A stretch of DNA of 64,000 nt from the NCBI GenBank assembly GCA_964016885.1, contig OZ024743.1:208196001-208260000 (forward strand), read 5' to 3'. The position numbers were made by a program, and so were the translations under genes. This document shows positions 29,801 through 38,285 of the stretch, piece after piece. The DNA comes from Eledone cirrhosa (Eukaryota). Within the stretch, counting starts at the first letter, position 1; the number at the start of each line of letters is the position of its first letter. The notes below the pieces were generated by a model. That model made no database searches and had not been told where the DNA came from. It saw only the letters and a list, made by a program, of their open reading frames with translations.

Positions 29801-32800
29801 CTATATACAGTCAAGACAATGTCTATATACGGGCAAGACAATGTCTATATACGGTAAAGACAATGTCTCTATACGGTCAAGTCAAGATCTCTATACTGTC
29901 AAGACAATGTCTATATACAGTCAAGACAATGTCTATATACAGTCAAGACAATGTCTCTATACAGTCAAGACAATGTTTATATACAGTCAAGACAATGTCT
30001 ATATACAGTCAAGACAATGTCTATATACAGTCAAGACAATGTCTATATACAGTCAAGACAATGTCTATATGCAGTCAAGACAATGTCTTTATACAGTCAA
30101 GACAATGTCTATATATGGTCAAGACAATGTCTATATATGGTCAAGACAATGTCTATATACAATCAAGACGATGTCTATATACGGTAAAGACAATGTCTCT
30201 ATACCGTAAAGACAATGTCTATATATGGTCAAGACAATGTCTATGCACAATCAAGACGATGTCTATGTACGGTAAAGACAATGTCTCTATACGGGCAAGA
30301 CAATGTCTTTTTACAGTCAAGACAATGTCTATATACGGTCAAGACAATGTCTATATATGGTCAAGACAATGTCTATATACATTCAAGACAATGTCTGTAT
30401 ACAGTCAAGACAATGTCTATATACGGTTAAGACAATGTCTATATACAGTCAAGACAATATCTATATACGGTCAAGACAATGTCTATATACAGTCAAGACA
30501 ATGTCTATATACAGTCAAGACAATGTCTATATACAATCAAGACGATGTCTATATATGGTAAAGACAATGTCTCTATACGGTCAAGACAAGGTCTATATAC
30601 AGTCAAGACAATGTCTATATACAGTCAGGACAATGTCTTTATACAGTCAAGACAATGTCTTTATACAGTCAAGACAATGTCTCTATACGGTCAAGTCAAG
30701 ATCTCTATACAGTCAAGACAATGTCTATATACAGTCAAGACAATGTCTCTATACAGTCAAGACAATGTCTCTATACAGTCAAGACAATGTTTATATACAG
30801 TCAAGACAATGTCTATATACAGTCAAGACAATGTCTATATACAGTCAAGACAATGTCTATATACAGTCAAGACAATGTCTATATGCAGTCAAGACAATGT
30901 CTTTATACAGTCAAGACAATGTCTATATATGGTCAAGACAATATCTATATATGGTCAAGACAATGTCTATATACAGTCAAGACAATGTCTATATACAGGC
31001 AAGACAATATCTATATACGGTAAAGACAATGTCTCTATACGGTCAAGACAATGTCTATATACAGTCAAGACAATGTCTATATACAGTCAAGACAATGTAT
31101 TATACAGTCAAGACAATGTCTTTATGGTCAAGACAATGTCTATATATGGTCAAGACAATGTCTATGCACAATCAAGACGATGTCTATGTACGGTAAAGAC
31201 AATGTCTCTATACGGGCAAGACAATGTCTTTATACAGTCAAGACAATGTCTATATACGGTCAAGACAATGTCTATATATGGTCAAGACAATGTCTATATA
31301 CATTCAAGACAATGTCTATATACGGTTAAGACAATGTCTATATACAGTCAAGACAATATCTATATACGGTCAAGACAATGTCTATATACAGTCAAGACAA
31401 TGTCTATATACGGTCAAGAAAATGTCTATATACAGTCAAGACAATATCTATATACGGTCAAGACAATGTCTATATACAGTCAAGACAATGTCTATATACA
31501 GGCAAGACAATGTCTATATACGGTAAAGATAATGTCTCTATACGGTCAAGACAATGTCTATATACAGTCAAGACAATGTCTATATACGGTCAAGACAATG
31601 TCGTTATACAGTCAAGACAATATCTATATTCGGTCAAGACAATGTCTATATACAGTCAAGACAATGTCTATATACAGTCAAGACAATGTCTTTATACAGT
31701 CAAGACAATGTCTATATATGGTCAAGACAATGTCTATATATAGTCAAGACAATGTCTATATAAGGTCAAGACAATGTCTATATACGGTCAAGACAATTTC
31801 TATATACAATCAAGACGATGTCTATATATGGTCAAGACAATGTCTATATACAATCAAGACGATGTCTATATACGGTAAAGACAATGTCTATAATTGGTCA
31901 AGACAATGTCTATATAAGGTCAAGACAATGTCTTTATACGGTCAAGACAATGTCTATATATGGTCAAGACAATGTCTATATACAATCAAGACGATGTCTA
32001 TATACGGTAAAGACAATGTCTCTATACGGTCAAGACAATGTCTTTATACAGTCAAGACAATGTCTATATACGGTCAAGACAATGTCTATATATGGTCAAG
32101 ACAATGTCTATATACAGTCATGACAATGTCTACATACAGTCAAGACAATGTCTATATACAGTCAAGACAATGTCTATATACAGTCAAGACAATGTCTATA
32201 TACAGTCAAGACAATGTTTATATACGGTCAAGCCAAGGTCTATATATGGTCAAGACAATGTCTATATACAATCAAGACGATGTCTATATACGGTAAAGAC
32301 AATGTCTCTATACGGTCAAGTCAAGGTCTCTATACAGTCAAGACAATGTCTATATACAGTCAAGACAATGTCTCTATACAGTCAAGACGATGTCTATATA
32401 CGGTAAAGACAATGTCTATATATGGTCAAGACAATGTCTATATAAGGTCAAGACAATGTCTTTATACGGTCAAGACAATGTCTATATATGGTCAAGACAA
32501 TGTCTATATAAGGTCAAGACAATGTCTATATACGGTCAAGACAATGTCTATATACAATGAAGACGATATCTATATATGGTCAAGACAATGTCTATATATG
32601 GTCAAGACAATGTCTATATACAGTCAAGACAAGGTCTATATACAGTCAAGATAATGTCTATATACAATCAAGACAATCTCTATATACGGTCAAGACAATG
32701 TCTATATACAGTCAAGACAATGTCTATATACGGTCAAGACAATGTATATATACGGTCAAGACAATGTCTTTATACATTCAAGACAATGTCTATATACGGT

Positions 32801-32969
32801 CAAGCCAAGGTCTATATACAGTCAAGACAATGTCTATATACAGTCAAGACAATGTCTATATACAGTCAAGACAATGTCTATATACGGTCAAGACATGGTC
32901 TATATACAGTCAAGGCAATGTCTATATACAGTCAAGACAATGTCTATATACAGTCAAGACAATATCTAT

Positions 32970-33923
32970 ACTAGACATGAAAAATGTGCAAGCTCAAAAG
33001 TGCCACAGAATGTTATAATAAACCTTCAAAAGTGTGGGAGTAGAGTTGTTGCTAAAAAATATTGTAATCATTATATATCGTACATTCTGTGGCATCCTTT
33101 ATAAAAATAGCTTAAACCAACGAAGCCTTTATTTTTACGCTATTTCACTTAGTTAATTCTTAGAGTGTAACATATAAAAATATGATTTACAACTATAAAA
33201 TAAATTAATTAATATAATAACAGAGCTGCGGAGCTGAAATTTAGGAAATAATGGAGTATCGGATCCTGAGTTGGAGCCAGTCAATTTTTGGCCGACTCCG
33301 CAGCCCTGTATAATACATTTCATATTAAAGTTATTAATAAACCTATTTTACACTGCATGCAAATTACCATGAGATATTGATATTAGATATAAGATACAGC
33401 GCAATATCTACAGCTGTAAAAGTACGAAAGCGAAGTAATAATAAGTGGCTTAAGGTAATTCCAATATGAAAGTTTGTAGTGATAAAAATTTGATAATGCA
33501 ATACGATTGTTAATATTATAGTTCTATGAAAATGTAACAATAGATAACTAAATTATTTTACTATTAGTATATTTAAGAAATTATCATTATAGATTTGATC
33601 GTTCATATAAGCATCATATTAATTTTCAACACAATTATTTTGTTACTATGAGTATATGATAATATTACGTAATTATTTATAGCTGTTATTACATTAAACA
33701 TAGATGTATTTATTTTTATATGTTACACTCTAAGAATTAACTAAGTGAAATAGCGTAAAAATAAAGGCTTCGTTGGTTTAAGCTATTTTTATAAAGGATG
33801 CCACAGAATGTACGATATATAATGATTACAATATTTTTTAGCAACAACTCTAGTCCCACACTTTTGAAGGTTTATTATATCATTTTGTGGCACTTTTGAG
33901 CTTGCGCATTTTTCATGTCTAGT
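32970..33923. repeat. Long inverted repeat (foldback): 213-bp arms 32970-33182 and 33711-33923, 528-bp spacer
   Basis: ACTAGACATGAAAAATG...GTGTAACATATAAAAATA is the reverse complement of TATTTTTATATGTTACAC...CATTTTTCATGTCTAGT. I count 4 mismatches (left-arm 32987, 33008, 33013, 33040); the inner ~140 bp are identical. Confidence 0.96.
33221..33308. mobile_element. 88-bp non-autonomous hAT-like MITE
   Basis: TIRs CAGAGCTGCGGAG / CTCCGCAGCCCTG (12/13 match). Flanking 8-bp direct repeat TATAATAA (33213-33220) / TATAATAC (33309-33316). An 8-bp TSD and CAG-starting short TIRs are established hAT features. Confidence 0.8.
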
Positions 33924-34464
33924 TTAATATTTTTTTAAGGCAACGCTTCTAATAACTCTAGTTAAACAGGATATATATTAATAATAAATTATCGTTGTAA
34001 TGTAATTAGATTATGTAATTGTTATTATAAATTATCTTATAAATATTAGTGTAAGATGTATAAAAATATTTTCAGACTTTTAATATAAACAACTACAAAA
34101 AACAATCAATATATTATACATAATAGAAAACATAAAATAAACAATACAAAAACAAAATATTTACATACAATTGCAATTATCAGTGTATATACATTTTCTT
34201 TATATTCCCTGAGCAAATTAATAAGATTTGTTTTTATTGTACATAATTTGATGACTTGTTGGAGTGTATTAAAAGATAGCAACAATTTGTGATTAAATTG
34301 TTATCTTAAGCAACTCACTTTTTAATAGTTGTTGGCTGAGCGAAATTGTAAAAGCCTATGAGCAAATATAAAAAAAAATACACAAACAACATTTCCTTGT
34401 GTTATTACAACATTAGATAAAATAATTGAGCAATGTCGTTATATTTTGCTCTTATTGCACATTA

Positions 34465-34637
34465 ATAGTGTTTCTATTTTTCGGCACAAATCCATTACGG
34501 CAGTCCATTACTGGTACTTTATTTTATCGAATTAGTAAGTATGAAAGTCGAAGTTAACCTCGGCAGGATTTGAACTTAGAATGCAAAGGACCATAACAAT
34601 ACTGCAAAGCATGGTGTCTGACGCTCTACCAATACTT
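34465..34637 (-). mobile_element. tRNA-derived SINE, diverged copy 1
   Basis: Homologous to 35951-36122 (shared CATTACTGGTACTTTATTTTATC, AACCTCGGCAGGATTTGAACT, CTCTACCAATACT). The minus strand has a B-box-like AGTTCAAATCC. Confidence 0.82.
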
Positions 34638-35103
34638 GTGTTGAGCTGGTCATTAATTTATGGTGGTCGTGCGTGGAGTAGAGCAATCGCTAGTTGAAAT
34701 ATTATGAACAAAACATTTTTATTTGCCGAAGAACATATTTTCAATACTGTTTGTGAATGTGACGAAGGAAATACATTCTGATATGGAACAGTGTACAAAG
34801 TGTGTCTGTGAATAACATAATGTTACCTCATGTTGTTGTCAAGACATAATGGATTTCGTATATCCAATTAGAAGATGAAACCTAGCCATCTCGGATTAGT
34901 TATATTTCATGCCATGTGTAAACGTGTTTGAGGATAGCAAAATATGCGTGTTTCTTGTCTGGAAACTTTCTGCTAAACTGATTGGTTTCGTTTTTGGCAC
35001 TATACAATACTCATCCAACAGATAGCTGTATTGGATCCTTGATTGGTTAATATTTAGGTGAGGGTGCTTGATGCAGAGTTAGTGCAAAATGGATCAATGA
35101 GTG

Positions 35104-35757
35104 TAATAATAATAATGATAATAATAATGAAAATATTGTGTACAATGCTGAGGTGCACTACAACTCATCAAAAGTGCATATATAATACATAGGGTAATAT
35201 AAAAACGTCAGGAAAAAAGAACAGTGCATGAGTCATGATATACACATATGTGCATGTGTATGGAAGGGGGACATCAGGTGTAGTTTTGGTGTATTTCGGA
35301 ATGTATGATGGTTTTAAAGGATGCAGTGTGTCATCAGCTAACAACTGATGCAGGAAGTTTGTTCCATCCTTCAGCAACTCTGAGCATGAAGAAATATTTC
35401 CTAAAGTCATGGGAGCTGTGTTGTTTTCTGACTTTGTAGGCATGTCCACGTGTTAGACACATGGAGATCAAAAAGGTGTTCGGGGTTGTTGTTGGTCGGA
35501 GGGTTAATAACTTTGTGGGTGTTTACCAAGTCCATTGCCAGAGGGAAGCAAAATATTCAGGGTATGGTAGGTGTCTGATGGAGGGTATGCGCTTGGTTGC
35601 ATGTCTCTGAACAGTTTCCAGGAGGTCAATGTTCTGAGCAAGATAGGGGTTCCAGACTGATGACGCGAACTCCAAGTGTATTCGTACCATAGATGTATAC
35701 AGCTTTAAATAGATGGCTGGAGAGCAGCTAATGAAGGTCTTGCTGATTGCTGCCAAG
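35104..35757 (-). mobile_element. 5'-truncated CR1/L2-group LINE: ORF2 C-terminal relic, 3' UTR and (TTA)n tail
   Basis: The minus strand encodes LYTSMVRIHLEFASSVWNPYLAQNIDLLETVQRHATKRIP (typical LYKSLVRPHLEY..VWNP....I..LE.VQRRATK motif). After a disruption it reads TRGHAYKVRKQHSSHDFRKYFFMLRVAEGWNKLPASVV (typical TRGH..K....RK.FF..RV...WN.LP..VV terminus). (TAA)n at 35104-35128 on + lies at the expected tail position. Confidence 0.92.
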
Positions 35758-35950
35758 TCAATCTTAATAAATTGACTGATTTATCTATTCACTACTGCTA
35801 ATCCACCGCTGTTTGTACAATTTTTTAGATAATGTCAATTTGAGCTTGAATCATTGGCGTAATGAAATTTGAAAAGATTATAAGCAAATCTTTTTAAAAA
35901 TACACAGACAACATTTAACTGTATCGTTGCAACATTAGATCTAATAATTG

Positions 35951-36122
35951 TTTCTACTTTAGGCACAAGGCCAGCAATTACCCAGTGCATTACTGGTACT
36001 TTATTTTATCTACCCCGTAAGGATGAAAGGCAAAGTCAACCTCGGCAGGATTTGAACTCAGATCGTAAAGGGACGTAACTATGCTGGAAAGCATGGCATC
36101 CGACCCTCTACCAATACTGCCA
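35951..36122 (-). mobile_element. tRNA-derived SINE, best-preserved copy 2
   Basis: Minus strand: A-box-like TGGCAGTATTGGTAGAG, B-box GAGTTCAAATCC (36048-36059), then GCCTTTCATCCTTACGGGGTAGATAAAATAAAGTACCAG and 3' GGCCTTGTGCCTAAAGTAGAAA. Flanked by AATAATTG / AATAATGG. It resembles, from memory, an abundant octopus SINE; no database search was done. Confidence 0.88.
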
Positions 36123-36149
36123 AAATAATGGAGCAACATTTGTGCAGAA

Positions 36150-36614
36150 TTATTGTTTGTGCAATAAGATATTTGCAGATCTGTACTTGGTCTGCTCTTT
36201 AGCCAACTCGGTACGTTTAGAAGCTCTACGCTCGGCTTGCTTTTGAGATATAATAGCTGAATTTGCAGATCTATACTTGGCCTGCTTGTTTGCCAACTCA
36301 TACCGTTTTGAACATCTATACTTGGCCTGTTTTTGTGTTAATTTAGCAAAATTCACAGCTCTATAATCGGCCTGTTTTTGTCTCAACTTCTCCCGATTCC
36401 GCATCCGGTAAGCTGCTTTCACATCCAATTTAATACGCCCATCTAGATTATTAGCACAGGAATGTGAACAAGCTTGTGGGACCGCATCATTGTAAGTATA
36501 TGAACTGCCTGCAACATCAAGACCCAATTCACAAGTGCAGCGTTGCTCATTCACATCGGCAGTGGGGACACAAAAATCAGTGACAGGTCTCGATTCACTC
36601 GCGAGATACATCAC
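36150..36614 (-). pseudogene. Short ORF relic (154 aa) with ~6 basic 15-aa repeats (KQAKYR..N...L..), probably a transposon- or virus-derived protein fragment
   Basis: 45-bp DNA units start at 36171, 36216, 36261, 36306, 36351 and 36396, and alternate units are more alike (ATTTGCAGATCT at 36171 and 36261). The period is a multiple of 3, there are no indels, and KQA.YR is conserved despite DNA divergence. The product is not identified. Confidence 0.5.
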
Positions 36615-36642
36615 AGCTACACTATATATTTAAACATATATA

Positions 36643-36702
36643 CAGTGATACCTCGCTACTTGGCGGTTCAACTATCGCGGATTCACGATTTCGCGCATTT
36701 TT
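36643..36702 (+). mobile_element. Single end of a pogo/Tigger-like (Tc1/mariner superfamily) element
   Basis: TA followed by CAGTGATACCTCGCTAC, then short TCGCG repeats (TATCGCGGATTCACGATTTCGCG), a pattern typical of Tigger-like MITE ends. No partner TIR seen. Confidence 0.6.
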
Positions 36703-36781
36703 AGAATATATATATGAACACCTAAAATTTTTCATTAAATCCATTAAAATATTAATAATAAACACAGTTCTAATCATACGC

Positions 36782-36803
36782 TATATATATATATATATAT
36801 ATA
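36782..36803. repeat. (TA)11 microsatellite
   Basis: Direct reading. Confidence 0.95.
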
Positions 36804-36896
36804 AATATAAGTAATTAATACCGTATAAATGGTACAAAGACTGTTTATGTAAAATGTATTTCTCAACAGAGTATTGAATACTTAGGAGAAATTCAA

Positions 36897-37090
36897 AACG
36901 AAGAGTGATAAAATTTCAAGCAAAGAGTTTAATTAGGTAATGACTTACAAATTTGTTTCAGTATATAGACAAAGCCTGAAGCGCTAATTATAATAATTAG
37001 TTAATAATATTATATTAAAGATATACTGAAACAAATTTGTAAGTCATTACCTAATTAAACTCTTTGCTTGAAATGTTATCATTCTTCGTT
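36897..37090. repeat. Inverted repeat/hairpin: 70-bp arms 36897-36966 and 37021-37090, 54-bp loop
   Basis: AACGAAGAGTGATAAAATTTCAAG...TTTCAGTATAT matches the reverse complement of ATATACTGAAAC...ATTCTTCGTT with 2 mismatches. Confidence 0.95.
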
Positions 37091-37112
37091 GAGAGAGAGA
37101 GAGAGAGAGAGA
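37091..37112 (+). repeat. (GA)11 microsatellite directly abutting the hairpin arm
   Basis: Direct reading. Confidence 0.95.
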
Positions 37113-37478
37113 TTTATCTAGTCCTTCGCTCAAGATTAATCTATAAGTTTAGATGTCTGCCTTCGTTTAAGTAAATATTACAGTAAGATTTTTAATATAA
37201 ACAACTACAAAAAACAATTAATATTAAAACGAAAAAATTATCAATGATAAAAGAAGCGGATGCAACTTTTTTTTTTATAAAGTTATATTCCTGTTTCTTT
37301 AAAGAACATTTCATTTTTGTTCTATTGTAGGCGAAATAATGCAATGGTTTAATAGGGAAGATATAACTTACCAATTATGTGTCTAACCGTGTAACGCTTT
37401 TTAAGTAGATAACTACAATTGAAAATACTAAAGAAATGGAACCAACAATTCAATTTGAAAATCGTCTACTTATAGTGA

Positions 37479-37530
37479 CAGTGTATTACTGGTACTTTAT
37501 TTTATCGACCCCGTAACGATGAAAGGCAAA
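37479..37530 (-). mobile_element. SINE central-domain fragment, copy 3
   Basis: ATTACTGGTACTTTATTTTATCGACCCCGTAACGATGAAAGGCAAA is nearly identical to 35989-36034. Confidence 0.8.
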
Positions 37531-37558
37531 AATGCAAATGTTTAAAATTTAAATTGCC

Positions 37559-37637
37559 TTAATTCTATCGTCTGCTGTTTCATTAAAGGGAGATTCTCGT
37601 CTGTATTTAATTCTATCGTCTACTGTTCCACTAAACA
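37559..37637 (+). repeat. Short imperfect direct repeat, 49-bp offset (TTAATTCTATCGTCTRCTGTT)
   Basis: Copies at 37559 and 37608, with a partial CTATCGTCT near 37650. Confidence 0.7.
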
Positions 37638-37888
37638 GATATACCTCCACTATCGTCTCTATTTATACATTTTAACTTATAACTTATACACATTTGATTT
37701 GAAATATTTTATCTAGTCCCCCCTCTCAATATTATGATGATTTCTTTGAAACAGTTCTAGTTCTGTAGAAGCCATTTATATATATAATTGAACTGAGTTA
37801 AAAATTCACAATATTTATAATTAAATAAGCTCATATATATATGTGTGTATTTATCTGTTTATTGTATTATATATAATGTGTGTATATA

Positions 37889-37990
37889 CAGGATGTCCCC
37901 CAAAAATATATACACACTTCAACAGCATTCTAATAACTATTGCCTGTACAGGTAATCAAAGTGTCAATCGAATGTTAGTTTCGTGTTTTA
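37889..37990 (+). mobile_element. Probable Tc1/mariner-type terminal fragment
   Basis: TA followed by CAGGATGTCCCCCAAAAATATATACACACTT, resembling CAGGGTGTCCC-type mariner/Tc1 TIRs. The right boundary is uncertain and no partner TIR was found. Confidence 0.5.
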
Positions 37991-38023
37991 ACAGTACAAA
38001 TTTACAATACACACATAAAACCA

Positions 38024-38106
38024 GTGTATATACATACATGAGTGTGTATACACATACATGAATGTGTATATACAATATATATGTATATATATATAGACAC
38101 ATATAT
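38024..38106. repeat. Degenerate TA/CA/TG low-complexity tract
   Basis: GTGTATATACATACATGAGTGTGTATACACATACATG...TATATATATAGACACATATAT. Confidence 0.75.
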
Positions 38107-38285
38107 TCACGGTGCAACGGAACATTAAAATATAGATGCGGGAGGGGGGTGTATATATAGGGGCGCTGGGGATAAAGGAGTGTAAAGCGTGTGTAATTGA
38201 TACATTGAAGAGGAGGAGCGTGCAGCGATAGAGTAACAAATATATAGAGAGGGGGAGAGATGGTATTGAAGGGGACAAGTGCAAG

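Larger units (their letters stand above)
1..32970 (+). repeat. 22-bp tandem satellite array, left block (consensus CAGTCAAGACAATGTCTATATA), ~1,500 monomers
   Basis: Continuous head-to-tail monomers read directly, mostly 0-3 substitutions from consensus, with rare 20/21/23/24-bp indel units. The last unit is CAGTCAAGACAATATCTATA at 32951-32970. The array runs off the window start. Confidence 0.99.
32971..38285. other. 5.3-kb non-satellite island made of transposon fragments, inverted repeats and microsatellites
   Basis: Sharp loss of the 22-bp period at 32971 and return at 38286. Components are listed below. Confidence 0.97.

Noticed and set aside
34838-34847. GTCAAGACA satellite-like word inside the island
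   Set aside because: Only a 9-bp match with no flanking similarity, compatible with chance.
36040-36122. tRNA gene
   Set aside because: A/B-box-like motifs are present, but no convincing cloverleaf. It is the head of a SINE with a diverged copy at 34465-34637.
35168-36301. ORFs 35168-35449 and 35990-36301 as genes
   Set aside because: These are alternative-frame readings across the LINE 3' end and across the 45-bp repeat plus SINE.
32971-38285. The whole island as one intact transposon (LTR, TIR or full Helitron)
   Set aside because: The two island ends are not related as LTRs or TIRs. There is no TSD, no Helitron 5' TC at the right junction, and no transposase or Rep/helicase ORF.
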